The position numbers were made by a program, and so were the translations under genes. The notes beneath the pieces are model-generated. The model was not told where the DNA came from. It saw only the letters and a list, made by a program, of their open reading frames with translations, and made no database searches. A stretch of 64,000 nt of DNA from contig VBBY01000002.1 of the NCBI GenBank assembly GCA_005881595.1, forward strand, positions 5,390-69,389. Reading direction: 5' to 3'. The DNA is from Betaproteobacteria bacterium. GTDB lineage: Bacteria > Pseudomonadota > Gammaproteobacteria > Burkholderiales > SG8-39. Below are positions 50,027-60,399 of the stretch, one piece after another (positions within the stretch are counted from its first letter, which is position 1; every line of letters starts with the position of its first letter).

Positions 50027-52713
50027 ACGGTCGTCGGGTCCGGCTTGTCGGCATCGATGCCGTACTTTTTCATCGCGTCGGCGACGCTCTTCGCTTTGCC
50101 ATCGCCCTGGTCCGCCAGCGCCTTCAGGGCCGCGACCGCAACGAAGTGGCGACTGACCTCGAAGAAGTGCCGCAGCTTGGGACGCGTATCGGAGCGGCCG
50201 AAGCCGTCGGTGCCGAGAACCCGGTACACGCGGTCCCTCGGCATGAGCAGCCTCAGCTGGTCGGCGAAGATCTTCATGTAGTCGCTCGCCGCGACCACCG
50301 GACCGGCGGGCCGCTTTTGCAGAATCTCGGTTACATAGGGAACCCGGGGCTTCGCTTCCGGATGCAGCATGTTCCAGCGGTCGGCCGCCAGGCCGTCGCG
50401 CCGCAGCTCGGTCAAGCTGGTCGCGCTCCACACGTCGGCGGCGACGCCCCAGTCGGTCTCGAGCAGATCGGCCGCGGCAAGCACTTCGCGCAGGATCGTG
50501 CCCGAGCCGAGCAGTTGCACTCGCAGCTTATTTTTGGTCTTTGTTTCTCTAAGTAAATACATTCCCTTGAGGATTCCCTGCTCGACCCCCTGCGGCATCG
50601 CCGGGTGCTCGTAGTTCTCGTTCATCAGGGTGATGTAGTAGAAGACATCTTCCTGGCTGGTCACCATGCGCCGCAGGCCGTCCTGGATGATGACTGCCAG
50701 CTCGTAGCCGTAGGTCGGATCGTACGAGACGCAATTCGGGATCACCGAGGCGAGGACATGGGAGTGCCCGTCTTCGTGCTGCAGCCCTTCGCCGTTCAGC
50801 GTGGTCCTTCCCGCGGTCGCGCCGAGCAGAAAGCCGCGCGCACGCTGATCGCCCGCCGCCCAGGCCAGGTCGCCGATGCGCTGCAGGCCGAACATCGAGT
50901 AGAAAACGTAGAACGGGATCGTGACGCGGTTGGAATGGCTGTACGAGGTGGCCGCCGCGATCCACGAGGAGAACGCTCCGGCCTCGTTGATGCCTTCCTC
51001 GAGGATCTGCCCCTGCTTGTCCTCGCGGTAGTACATCACCTGGTCCTTGTCGACCGGCTCGTACTTCTGCCCCTCGGCGGCGAAGATGCCGAGCTGGCGG
51101 AACATGCCTTCCATGCCGAAGGTGCGCGCCTCGTCGGGGACGATCGGCACGATGTGCCTGCCGATGTCCTTGTCGCGCACGAGCGCGGTAAGCGCGCGCA
51201 CGAACGCCATCGTGGTCGAGATCTCGCGGCCTTCGCCCGAGCCCTTCAGCAGCGCGTCGAAAGCCGCGAGCGGCGGCACCGCCGGAACCGTGTCGGCCTT
51301 GCGGCGCCGCTGCGGGAGGAAGCCGCCCAGCGCCTGGCGGCGCTCGTGCAAATACGTCATTTCCGGCGCGTCCGCCGGCGGAATGTAGAACGGCAGCTCC
51401 TCGAGCTTCTCGTCCGGGATCGGAATGTTGAACTGGTCGCGCATCTCCCTGATGGTGGCGATCTCGACCTTCTTCAGCTGGTGCGTCGGGTTCTTCGACT
51501 GGCCCGCCTTGCCCAGGCCGTAGCCCTTGATGGTCTTGGCGAGGATCACCGTCGGCTGCCCCTTGTGCTTCACGGCCGCGGCGTACGCGGCGTACACCTT
51601 GTGCGGGTCGTGGCCGCCGCGGTTCAGGCGCCAGATGTCCTCGTCGGTCATGTTGGCAACCATCTCGAGGAGCTTCGGGTGCTTGCCGAAGAAATGCTTG
51701 CGCACGAACGCGCCGTCGTTCGCCTTGTAGTTCTGGTACTCGCCGTCGACGGTTTCCTCCATCACGCGCAGCAGGATGCCGTCCTTGTCTTTCGCGAGCA
51801 GCGGGTCCCAGTACGAGCCCCAGATCACCTTGATCACGTTCCAGCCCGCGCCGCGGAACTCGCCCTCCAGCTCCTGGATGATCTTGCCGTTGCCCCGCAC
51901 CGGCCCGTCGAGCCGCTGCAGGTTGCAGTTGACGACGAAAATCAGGTTGTCGAGCTTCTCGCGCGCCGCCAATCCGATTGCGCCGAGCGATTCGGGCTCG
52001 TCCATCTCGCCGTCGCCGCAGAACACCCACACCTTGCGGTTCGCGGTCTGCGCCAGGCCGCGTGCCTCCAGGTACTTCAGGTAGCGCGCCATGTAGATCG
52101 CCTGGATCGGCCCCAATCCCATCGACACCGTCGGGAACTGCCAGTAGTCGGGCATGAGCCACGGGTGCGGATAGGACGAAACGCCTTTGCCGTCCACTTC
52201 GCGGCGAAAGTTGAGCAGCCGCTCCTGGGGCAATCGCCCTTCCATGAGGGAGCGCGCATAGACACCGGGCGAGGAATGCCCCTGGAAATAGATCAGGTCG
52301 CCGCCGTGGTCGTCATGCGGTGCATGCCAGAAATGCTGCTGCCCCGTGCCGAACAGGGTCCCGACCGAAGCGAAGCTCGCGATGTGGCCGCCGAGCTCAT
52401 CGTCGTTCTTGTTCGCGCGCACGACCATCACCATGGCGTTCCAGCGGCAGATGGAGCGGATGCGTTCCTCGAGGGCCACGTTGCCGGGCGAGCGTTCCTC
52501 CATGTGCGGCGGAATGCTGTTGATGTACGCCGTGTTCGGCGAGAACGGAATGTAGGCGCCGGAGCGGCGCGCCTTGTCGATCAGCCTCTCGAGCAGGTAG
52601 TGCGCGCGCTCCGGACCTTCACGCTCGAGCACCGCCTCGAGCGCGTCGAGCCATTCCTGCGTCTCTAGCGCGTCGGGATCGTTCGCGGCCGGAAATTGAG
52701 GGAGCGCGGACAT
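50023..52713 (-). CDS. aceE: Pyruvate dehydrogenase E1 component (homodimeric type)
   Basis: MSALPQFPAANDPDALETQEWLDALEAVL..., GGHIASFAS and GDGEMDEPES. Trimmed from the run-on ORF to ATG 52713. Confidence 0.95.
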   Translation of the reverse strand: MSALPQFPAANDPDALETQEWLDALEAVLEREGPERAHYLLERLIDKARRSGAYIPFSPNTAYINSIPPHMEERSPGNVALEERIRSICRWNAMVMVVRANKNDDELGGHIASFASVGTLFGTGQQHFWHAPHDDHGGDLIYFQGHSSPGVYARSLMEGRLPQERLLNFRREVDGKGVSSYPHPWLMPDYWQFPTVSMGLGPIQAIYMARYLKYLEARGLAQTANRKVWVFCGDGEMDEPESLGAIGLAAREKLDNLIFVVNCNLQRLDGPVRGNGKIIQELEGEFRGAGWNVIKVIWGSYWDPLLAKDKDGILLRVMEETVDGEYQNYKANDGAFVRKHFFGKHPKLLEMVANMTDEDIWRLNRGGHDPHKVYAAYAAAVKHKGQPTVILAKTIKGYGLGKAGQSKNPTHQLKKVEIATIREMRDQFNIPIPDEKLEELPFYIPPADAPEMTYLHERRQALGGFLPQRRRKADTVPAVPPLAAFDALLKGSGEGREISTTMAFVRALTALVRDKDIGRHIVPIVPDEARTFGMEGMFRQLGIFAAEGQKYEPVDKDQVMYYREDKQGQILEEGINEAGAFSSWIAAATSYSHSNRVTIPFYVFYSMFGLQRIGDLAWAAGDQRARGFLLGATAGRTTLNGEGLQHEDGHSHVLASVIPNCVSYDPTYGYELAVIIQDGLRRMVTSQEDVFYYITLMNENYEHPAMPQGVEQGILKGMYLLRETKTKNKLRVQLLGSGTILREVLAAADLLETDWGVAADVWSATSLTELRRDGLAADRWNMLHPEAKPRVPYVTEILQKRPAGPVVAASDYMKIFADQLRLLMPRDRVYRVLGTDGFGRSDTRPKLRHFFEVSRHFVAVAALKALADQGDGKAKSVADAMKKYGIDADKPDPTTV

Positions 52714-52824
52714 GATGGGTTCGCTCTTTGAAAGTCTGGATTGCGCCTTGCGAGCGCGGAGGGAGCGCGCCCCAAGCTTAATACGGGGAACCGGGTGGCT
52801 CAAGTGGTAGACTGCCCGCCCTCC

Positions 52825-53560
52825 ATGGCTGCGCGCATCCTCGACGGGAAGGCTCTCGCGGCTGCGGTGCGCGCTTCGGTCAAGGAGACTGTGGCGCGGC
52901 TCGCGGCGCGCGGTGTCCGTCCCGGGCTCGCGGTGATCCTGGCAGGCGACGACCCGGCGTCCGCGGTCTATGTGCGCAACAAGACGCGCGCGTGCGAGGA
53001 GACCGGCGTGCGCTCCGAGGTGCACCGGTACGGCGCCGACGTCACCGAGCGCGCGCTGCTCGATCGCATCGCAGCACTGAACGCCGACCCGGGCGTGCAC
53101 GGCATCCTCGTGCAGCTTCCGCTGCCGGGCCGGATCAATGCCCGGCGCGTGCTCGAAGCGGTCGCGCCGGCAAAGGATATCGACGGCTTCCGCTTCGAGA
53201 ACCTCGGCGCCCTCGTCGCCGGGCAGACGAAGCTCGTGCCCTGCACGCCCGCCGGCGTGATGCGGCTCATCGAGCACGCAGCTGTGGCGCTTGCCGGCCG
53301 CCATGCCGTGGTGATCGGCCGCTCCAGCATCGTCGGCAAGCCGCTCGCCCTGCTCCTCTTGCAGAAGGACGCCACCGTCACCATCTGCCATTCGAAGACC
53401 ATGGAGCTGCACAAGCTCAGCCGCGAAGCCGATGTACTCGTTGCCGCTGTCGGGCGGCCGAAACTCGTCACCACGGCGATGGTCAAACCGGGCGCCTGCG
53501 TCATCGACGTGGGCATCAACCGCCTCGCCGACGGGACAATTGCGTGCGCGCTGCTTCGAC
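52825..53560 (+). pseudogene. folD: folD (methylenetetrahydrofolate dehydrogenase/cyclohydrolase), apparently 3'-truncated
   Basis: MAARILDGKALA...YVRNKTRACEE..GILVQLPLP..VIGRSSIVGKPLA..VIDVGINRLADG is good FolD sequence for about 238 codons. Homology then stops. The conserved PVPGGVGPMT region is absent from all three + frames, and the frame has no stop until 54654, running over prlC. Confidence 0.6.
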
Positions 53561-55594
53561 ATGAATCCATTGTTGGATTTTTCCGCTCTACCCCGTTTTC
53601 AGGATTTGAAACCGGAGCATGTCACCCCGGCGGTGGAGCAGCTGCTCGCCGAAGGCCGCGCCACGACTGCGGCGGTGACCCACGCGAGCCCCAGCTGGGA
53701 TGCGTTCGTCGCCCCGCTGGAAGACGCGAACGAGCGCGTCGCGCGGGCCTGGGGCCAGGTTTCGCACCTGCATGCGGTGCTCGACAGCCCGGCGCTGCGC
53801 GAGGTCTACAACGCCAACCTGCCGAAGGTCTCCCGGTACTGGACCGACCTCGGGCAGAACCAGGCGCTGTTCGAGAAGTACAAGGCGCTGCGCGATTCCC
53901 CCGAATTTGCCCAGTTGTCGAACGCCAGGCGAAAAATCGTCGACAACGCGCTGCGCGACTTCCGCCTGGGCGGCGCCGAGCTGCCGCCGGACGGGAAGGC
54001 GCGCTTCGCCGCGATCCAGGAGGAGCTGGCAAGGCTGGGCGCGAAGTTCTCCGAGAACCTGCTCGACGCGACCAACGCGTTCTCGGTCGTGGTCGACGAG
54101 AAAAGAATTGCAGGGCTTCCCGAGGACGTGCTGCATGCGGCGCGCGAAGCGGCGCAAGCCGAGGGCAAGGCGGGCTGGAAATTCACGCTGCATGCGCCGT
54201 CGTACCTGCCGGTGATGCAATACGCCGACGACCGCAGGCTGCGCGAGACGATGTATCGCGAAAGCGTGACCCGCGCCTCGGAATTCGGCCGGCCGGAATG
54301 GGACAACACGCCGCTCATCGCGCGCATCGTCGCCCTGCGCCGCGAGCTGGCGCAGCTGCTCGGCTACGGCAGCTACGCCGAGGTGTCGCTCGTGCCGAAG
54401 ATGGCCGAGTCGCCCGGGCAGGTGCTGCGGTTCCTGGACGACCTGGCGCGCCGCGCGCGCCCGTTCGCCGAGCGCGACGTCGAGGAGCTGCGCGAGTTTG
54501 CCCGCAACGAATTGCACATCCAGGACCTTCAGGCCTGGGACGTCGCGTACGCGTCCGAGAAGCTGCGCGCCAAGCGCTACGCTTTCTCCGACCAGGAGGT
54601 GAAGCAATACTTTCCGGAGGATGCCGCCGTCGCCGGGCTGTTCAGGGTGGCTGAGAGGCTCTACGGAATCAGGATCCTCCCCTCGAAGGCGCCGGTGTGG
54701 CACGAGGATGTGCGCTTCTTCGAGATCCGCGACAGCGCCGGCACCGCCTCCAATCCCGTTATCGGCCAGTTTTATACCGACCTCTATGCGCGCGACACCA
54801 AGCGCGGCGGCGCCTGGATGGACGACGCCATCACGCGCCGGCGCAGGGGCGGGCAGTTGCAGACCCCGGTCGCCTACCTGAACTGCAATTTTTCCAGACC
54901 GGTCGGCGGCAAACCCGCGCTATTCACGCACGACGACGTGCTCACGCTGTTCCACGAGTTCGGCCACGGCCTGCATCACCTGCTGACCCGCATCGATGAC
55001 CTCGGCGTCTCGGGCCTCAACGGCGTCGAATGGGACGCGGTGGAGCTGCCGAGCCAGTTCATGGAGAACTTCTGCTGGGAATGGGACGTGCTCCGCAACA
55101 TGGCGCGCCACGCCGGCAGCGGAGCGCCGCTGCCGCGCGAGCTGTTCGACAAGATGGTCGCGGCGAAGAACTTCCACAGCGGGCTGGCGATGCTGCGCCA
55201 GATCGAGTTCGCGGTGTTCGACATGCGGCTGCATTCGGATTTCGATCCGGCATCGGGGCAAACCCCGCTCGCCCTGCTGCAGGAAGTGCGCGAGCGCGTC
55301 GCGGTGCTGCACCCGCCCGGGTACAACCGCTTTCCGAACAACTTCTCGCACATCTTCGCCGGCGGCTACGCTGCCGGTTACTACAGCTACAAGTGGGCGG
55401 AGGTGCTTTCGGCCGACGCGTACAGCTTCTTCGAGGAAAACGGCGTGCTCGACGCCCGATCCGGCCAGAAATTCCGCGACGAGATCCTCGCCGTCGGCGG
55501 CAGCCGGCCGGCCGCGGAGTCGTTCCGCGCGTTCCGCGGCCGCGAGCCGCGCGTCGAAGCGCTGCTGAAGCACAATGGTATGATTTCCGCATGA
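53561..55594 (+). CDS. prlC: Oligopeptidase A (M3 family zinc metallopeptidase)
   Basis: MNPLLDFSALPRFQDLKPEHV... and the zinc motif FHEFGHGLHH. Confidence 0.93.
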   Translation: MNPLLDFSALPRFQDLKPEHVTPAVEQLLAEGRATTAAVTHASPSWDAFVAPLEDANERVARAWGQVSHLHAVLDSPALREVYNANLPKVSRYWTDLGQNQALFEKYKALRDSPEFAQLSNARRKIVDNALRDFRLGGAELPPDGKARFAAIQEELARLGAKFSENLLDATNAFSVVVDEKRIAGLPEDVLHAAREAAQAEGKAGWKFTLHAPSYLPVMQYADDRRLRETMYRESVTRASEFGRPEWDNTPLIARIVALRRELAQLLGYGSYAEVSLVPKMAESPGQVLRFLDDLARRARPFAERDVEELREFARNELHIQDLQAWDVAYASEKLRAKRYAFSDQEVKQYFPEDAAVAGLFRVAERLYGIRILPSKAPVWHEDVRFFEIRDSAGTASNPVIGQFYTDLYARDTKRGGAWMDDAITRRRRGGQLQTPVAYLNCNFSRPVGGKPALFTHDDVLTLFHEFGHGLHHLLTRIDDLGVSGLNGVEWDAVELPSQFMENFCWEWDVLRNMARHAGSGAPLPRELFDKMVAAKNFHSGLAMLRQIEFAVFDMRLHSDFDPASGQTPLALLQEVRERVAVLHPPGYNRFPNNFSHIFAGGYAAGYYSYKWAEVLSADAYSFFEENGVLDARSGQKFRDEILAVGGSRPAAESFRAFRGREPRVEALLKHNGMISA

Positions 55595-56175
55595 CGCGCA
55601 TCGGCGCTGTCCTGGTTCTCGCGCTGGCCGCGGGCGCGGTGGCGGCGCAGCAGCTCTATCGCTGGACCGACGAAAAGGGCCGGCTGAACGTCTCCGACAC
55701 GCCGCCGCCGCCCGGTGCGAGAGATGTGCACCAGTGGCGCGTCACCGCTTCGAGCGCTGCCGAGGGCGGCTCCGAACCTTACGCCCTGCGACAGGCGCGC
55801 AAGGAATCGCCGGTAACGCTCTACACCGCTGCCGACTGCGAGCCCTGCAACGATGCGCGCAAGCTGCTCAACTCGCGCGGCATCCCGTTCAAGGAAGTGA
55901 GCGTGACCGAGAAGGAGGTCAACGACCTCGTCAAGCTCGCCGGCAGCGCCTCGGTGCCGGTCATCGTCGTCGGCAGCGCGACGCAGAAGGGTTTCGAGGA
56001 ACGCACTTATCACGGCATTCTGGACGCCGCAGGCTACCCGAAAGCCGGCATCCTGCCGCGCCGCAGCCAAGCGGAACCGAAGCCTGGCGCGGAGGTTAAA
56101 CCGGCGCCTGAAGAGGAGGCGCCGCGCGGTCCGTACGCGCCCGGCGCGCCGCCTCAGCGCTTGCAAAGGAAGTGA
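55591..56175 (+). CDS. DUF4124 / glutaredoxin-like fusion protein (exported)
   Basis: Signal peptide MTRIGAVLVLALAAGAVAAQ, a DUF4124-like segment (LYRWTDEKGRLNVSDTPPP) and a glutaredoxin-like fold (VTLYTAADCEPCNDARKLLNSRGIPFKE). The ATG overlaps the prlC stop (ATGA). Confidence 0.75.
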   Translation: MTRIGAVLVLALAAGAVAAQQLYRWTDEKGRLNVSDTPPPPGARDVHQWRVTASSAAEGGSEPYALRQARKESPVTLYTAADCEPCNDARKLLNSRGIPFKEVSVTEKEVNDLVKLAGSASVPVIVVGSATQKGFEERTYHGILDAAGYPKAGILPRRSQAEPKPGAEVKPAPEEEAPRGPYAPGAPPQRLQRK

Positions 56176-56219
56176 CACAGGATAGGGGGAGATTCAGGCT
56201 CGCCCTCGCGCGCTCGGCG

Positions 56220-57818
56220 TTAATCGATCAGCGCGTACGCGGGAAGCGTTAGGAACTCGACGTACTCGCCGGCGGTGAGCTTCTCGAACAGCCTTGCGCC
56301 TTCCTCGTACTTCCCGGCCTGGTACGCGCTTTCGCCGAGGTAAGCGCGCACCTTCGGCAGCTCTTCGGCAAGCAGCCGCTTGAACAGCTCTGCCGTGACC
56401 TTGCGGCCGTCGTCGAGCGCGCCCTTCGGCGAGCGGATCCACTGCCAGATCTGCGAGCGCGAGATCTCGGCGGTGGCGGCGTCTTCCATCAGGTTGAACA
56501 CCGGGACGCAGCCGTTGCCGGCGAGCCAGGCGCCGAGGTACTGGATGCCCACCGAGATGTTGTTGCGCAGCCCGGCTTCGGTGATCGGCTTCTCGGGCTG
56601 GAAATCGAGCAGCTCCCTGGCGGTGACGCGCACGTCCGGGCGCTGGCGGCCGTACTGGTTCGGCTGGGGCATGTGCCGGTCGAAGATCTCCTTCGCGACC
56701 GGCACCAGCCCGGGATGAGCGACCCAGGTGCCGTCGCAGCCGTCGGTCACTTCACGCAGCTTGTCCTGCCGCACTTTTTCGAGCGCCGCTTCGTTGGCCT
56801 TCGCGTCGTTCTTGATCGGGATCTGCGCCGCCATGCCGCCCATCGCCGGCGCGCCGCGCCGGTGGCAGGTCTTGATCAGCAGCAGCGCGTACGCGCGCAT
56901 GAACGGCGCGGTCATCGTGACCTGGGCGCGGTCGGCGAGGCAGAACTCCTGGTTGGCGCGGAATTTCTTGATGCACGAAAAGATGTAATCCCAGCGGCCG
57001 ATGTTGAGGCCGGCGCAGTGCTCGCGCAGCTCGTGAAGGATCTCGTCCATCTCGAACGCCGCGACGACGGTCTCGATCAGCGCGGTGGCTTTGATGCTGC
57101 TGCGTGGAATTTTTAATTCCTCTTGTGAAAACACAAAAATATCGTTCCACAGCCGCGCTTCCAGGTGCGACTCCATCTTCGGCAGGTAGAAGTACGGGCC
57201 CGAGCCGCGGGCGATCAGCTCTTTCGCGTTGTGGAAGAAGAACAGCCCGAAGTCGAACAGCGCCCCCGATACGGCCTTGCCGTCGACGTGCACGTGCTTC
57301 TCATCGAGGTGCCAGCCGCGCGGGCGCGGAATCAGCACCGCGGTCCTGTCCTGCAGGCGGTATCGCTTGCCGCTCTGCTCGAAGCTGATGGTGCGCCGCA
57401 CTGCGTCGCGCAGGTTGATCTGCCCATCCACCATGTTGTGCCAGGTCGGGCAGTTTGCATCCTCGAAGTCCGCCATGAAGGTGGAGGCGCCCGAATTCAG
57501 CGCGTTGATCACCATCTTGCGGTCGGTGGGGCCGGTGAGCTCGACGCGGCGGTCGAGCAGATCCTTCGGCTGCGGCGCTACGCGCCACTCCTGCTCTCTT
57601 ATTTCCCGGGTGTCTCGAAGAAAATCAGGCAGCGCGCCGCGGTCGAATTCTTTTTGCCGCGCAGCGCGGCGCGCGAGCAAGTCCTGGCGCCGCGCCTCGA
57701 AATGCCGATGCAGATTCGCTATGAAATCGAGCGCTTCCCCGGTGAGGATCTCGGCGAACCCGGCGCTGACGCCACCAAGTACGCTGATGTCCCGCGAGCG
57801 AGGAACAACTCTTTGCAT
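56220..57818 (-). CDS. aceB: Malate synthase A
   Basis: 532 aa with [31 protein letters not shown] and [21 protein letters not shown]. Confidence 0.94.
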   Translation of the reverse strand: MQRVVPRSRDISVLGGVSAGFAEILTGEALDFIANLHRHFEARRQDLLARRAARQKEFDRGALPDFLRDTREIREQEWRVAPQPKDLLDRRVELTGPTDRKMVINALNSGASTFMADFEDANCPTWHNMVDGQINLRDAVRRTISFEQSGKRYRLQDRTAVLIPRPRGWHLDEKHVHVDGKAVSGALFDFGLFFFHNAKELIARGSGPYFYLPKMESHLEARLWNDIFVFSQEELKIPRSSIKATALIETVVAAFEMDEILHELREHCAGLNIGRWDYIFSCIKKFRANQEFCLADRAQVTMTAPFMRAYALLLIKTCHRRGAPAMGGMAAQIPIKNDAKANEAALEKVRQDKLREVTDGCDGTWVAHPGLVPVAKEIFDRHMPQPNQYGRQRPDVRVTARELLDFQPEKPITEAGLRNNISVGIQYLGAWLAGNGCVPVFNLMEDAATAEISRSQIWQWIRSPKGALDDGRKVTAELFKRLLAEELPKVRAYLGESAYQAGKYEEGARLFEKLTAGEYVEFLTLPAYALID

Positions 57819-57908
57819 CGCAGCATTTTACGTGATGAAATGCGGCACTGCAAAATGAAATCGCGCGGCGTTTGGGAGTAGCCTCGCCGTCTTTTATCGG
57901 AGCTTTCC

Positions 57909-58991
57909 ATGCCACGCCAAATTCTGATTTTCGGCGCTTCCTACGGTTCGCTGCTGGCGATCAAGCTGCTGCTCGCTGGGCATACTGTCAAGCTGGTATG
58001 CCTCCCCGCCGAGGCCGAGCTGATCAACAAGGAAGGCGCCCGCGTGCGCATGCCCGTCAAGGGTCGAGAAGGGCTGGTCGAGGTCGACTCGCGCAAGCTG
58101 CCGGGCAAGCTGTCCGCTTCGCTGCCGGCCGAGGTCAAGCCGGCGGACTACGACCTGGTAGCCCTCGCCATGCAGGAGCCGCAGTATCGTTCGCCCGGCG
58201 TGCGCGAGCTGCTCGAGGCGGTGGCCAAGGCCAGGGTTCCGTGCATGTCGATCATGAACATGCCGCCGCTGCCCTACCTCGCGCGCATTCCGGGCGTCTC
58301 CGCCGACGCATGCAGAAGCTGCTATACCGACCCCACGGTCTGGGACCGCTTCGACCCCGCGCTGATGACCCTGTGCAGCCCGGATCCGCAGGCTTTCCGC
58401 CCGCCTGAAGAAAAGCTGAACGTGCTGCAAGTCAGGCTGCCGACCAATTTCAAGTCGGCGCGCTTTCCTTCGGATGCGCACACGGCGATCCTGCGCCGGC
58501 TGGAAGCCGACATCGAAGCCGCCCGCTTCGAGAACATCGAGCTGCCGGTGAAGCTGAAGGTGCACGAGTCGGTCTTCGTGCCGCTCGCGAAGTGGGCGAT
58601 GCTGATGGCGGGCAATTACCGCTGCATCACGAAGGACGGAATCCGCTCCATCAAGGAAGCCGTGCACACAGACATCGAGGCCTCGCGCTCGGTGTACAAC
58701 TGGGTGGTCACGCTTTGCCAGTCTCTCGGCGCCCGAAAAGACGACCTGGTGCCGTTCGAGAAATACGCTGCCGCGGCACAGGGGCTCACCACTGCGTCTT
58801 CCGCGGCGCGGGCCTTGTTCGGCGGTGCGCCCAATATCGAGCGCGTCGACCGCCTGGTGAAAACCATCGCAGCGCAGAAGGGCACGCGGTCCGACGCCGT
58901 CGACGAGATAGTTGCCTTGGTCGATGCACGCCTGGAGGCGAATCGACGCGCCGCTGACCGGTCCGCTGGCAAGGCTGCTGTGGGACGGTAA
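57909..58991 (+). CDS. NAD(P)-binding Rossmann-type protein (ketopantoate-reductase/ApbA-like N-terminus), function unknown
   Basis: MPRQILIFGASYGSLLAIKLLLAGHTVKLV is a dinucleotide-binding motif. I do not recognise the remainder. Codon usage is consistent with a real gene. Confidence 0.55.
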   Translation: MPRQILIFGASYGSLLAIKLLLAGHTVKLVCLPAEAELINKEGARVRMPVKGREGLVEVDSRKLPGKLSASLPAEVKPADYDLVALAMQEPQYRSPGVRELLEAVAKARVPCMSIMNMPPLPYLARIPGVSADACRSCYTDPTVWDRFDPALMTLCSPDPQAFRPPEEKLNVLQVRLPTNFKSARFPSDAHTAILRRLEADIEAARFENIELPVKLKVHESVFVPLAKWAMLMAGNYRCITKDGIRSIKEAVHTDIEASRSVYNWVVTLCQSLGARKDDLVPFEKYAAAAQGLTTASSAARALFGGAPNIERVDRLVKTIAAQKGTRSDAVDEIVALVDARLEANRRAADRSAGKAAVGR

Positions 58992-58998
58992 AAGTGGT

Positions 58999-60399
58999 TT
59001 AGCTTTCCGGCTCGGGGTCGTCCTCGATGCCGAGCTCCTGGATTTTTCGCGTGATGGTGTTGCGCCCCATGCCGAGCAGATTCGCCGCTTCGATGCGCCG
59101 GCCGCCGGTGCGCTGCAGCGCCTTCGAGATCAGCGTGCGCTCGAACTGCCGGCCCAGATCATCAAGGATTCCCGTCTGCCCGCGCGCGAGCCGGCGCTCG
59201 GCTTCCTGCTCGAGCGCCGAGAGCCAGTCCGAGGCGACGGCGGTGGACTGATCGCGGAACTCCGCCGGGAGATCGCCCACCTCGATCACCTGGCCCGGCG
59301 CCATCACCGTCAGCCAATGGCACAGGTTTTCCAGCTGGCGGACGTTGCCGGGCAGCTCGAGCCGCGACAGGTGTTGCAGCGCCTCGTCGGCGAGCCGCTT
59401 AGGCTCGACGCCGAGCTGCTGCGCGCTAGCGGCAAGAAAATGTTTTGATAATAAAGGTATGTCTTCCGCGCGTTCGCGCAAACTCGGCAGCCGCAGGCGA
59501 ATCACGTTCAGCCGGTGAAACAGGTCCTCGCGGAACGAGCCGTCGCGCACGCGCTGCTCCAGGTTCTGGTGCGTGGCAGCGATGACGCGCACGTTCACCT
59601 TTATCTGCTGGTGGCCGCCGACGCGGTAGAACGTGCCGTCGGAGAGCACGCGCAGCAGCCGCGTCTGCAGCTCGGCCGGCATGTCGCCGATCTCGTCCAG
59701 GAACAGCGTGCCGCCCTCGGCCTGCTCGAAGCGCCCGCGCCGCTGCTGCTGCGCGCCGGTGAACGAGCCGCGCTCGTGGCCGAACAGCTCCGACTCGAGC
59801 AGGTCCTTCGGGCTCGCCGCGGTGTTGATCGCCACGAACGGCCGCGACGCGCGCGCACTGTGCCGGTGCAAGGCGCGCGCCACAAGCTCCTTTCCGGTTC
59901 CTGATTCGCCGGTGATCAGCACCGTCGCGCTCGATTGCGAAAGCCGCCCGATGGCGCGGAACACGTCCTGCATGGCAGGGGCCTGCCCCAGGATCTCGGG
60001 CGTCTCGCCCATGGGCTCTATTACTTCGGATTCCCTTCTGCTCTCGTCGAGCGCGCGGCGGATGAGCTCCACCGCCTGGTCGACGTCGAAGGGCTTGGGC
60101 AGATATTCGTAGGCGCCGCCCTGGAACGCGGCCACCGCGGAATCGAGATCCGAATAGGCGGTCATCACGATGACCGGCACCGCGGGATGCCGCTGCTTGA
60201 CTGCCTGCAGCAGCTCCAGCCCCGAAAGCCCGGGCATGCGGATATCCGAGACCAGGACCTCCGGTGCACCGCCGGAGAGCGCATCGAGCGCCTCCTGCGC
60301 GGAGGAGAACGAGTTGAAGGCTATGCCTTCGCGGCTGAGCGCCTTTTCGATCACCCAGCGGATGGAGCGATCGTCGTCGACGATCCAGACCGGTTTCAT
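58999..60399 (-). CDS. ntrC: Nitrogen regulation response regulator, sigma-54-dependent activator
   Basis: Receiver domain (VWIVDDDRSIRWV), AAA+ domain (GESGTGKE, GAFTGA-like GSFTGA, ESELFGHE) and a C-terminal HTH. It overlaps ntrB by 4 nt. Confidence 0.93.
   Translation of the reverse strand: MKPVWIVDDDRSIRWVIEKALSREGIAFNSFSSAQEALDALSGGAPEVLVSDIRMPGLSGLELLQAVKQRHPAVPVIVMTAYSDLDSAVAAFQGGAYEYLPKPFDVDQAVELIRRALDESRRESEVIEPMGETPEILGQAPAMQDVFRAIGRLSQSSATVLITGESGTGKELVARALHRHSARASRPFVAINTAASPKDLLESELFGHERGSFTGAQQQRRGRFEQAEGGTLFLDEIGDMPAELQTRLLRVLSDGTFYRVGGHQQIKVNVRVIAATHQNLEQRVRDGSFREDLFHRLNVIRLRLPSLRERAEDIPLLSKHFLAASAQQLGVEPKRLADEALQHLSRLELPGNVRQLENLCHWLTVMAPGQVIEVGDLPAEFRDQSTAVASDWLSALEQEAERRLARGQTGILDDLGRQFERTLISKALQRTGGRRIEAANLLGMGRNTITRKIQELGIEDDPEPES

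Noticed and set aside
53561-54654. Continuation of the folD frame (ORF 52741..54654) as a possible 610-aa fusion protein
   Set aside because: Beyond nt ~53540 the translation is an Arg/Ala/Gly/Pro-rich run-on that overlaps the bona fide prlC frame. It is treated as a consequence of the missing folD stop rather than as coding sequence.
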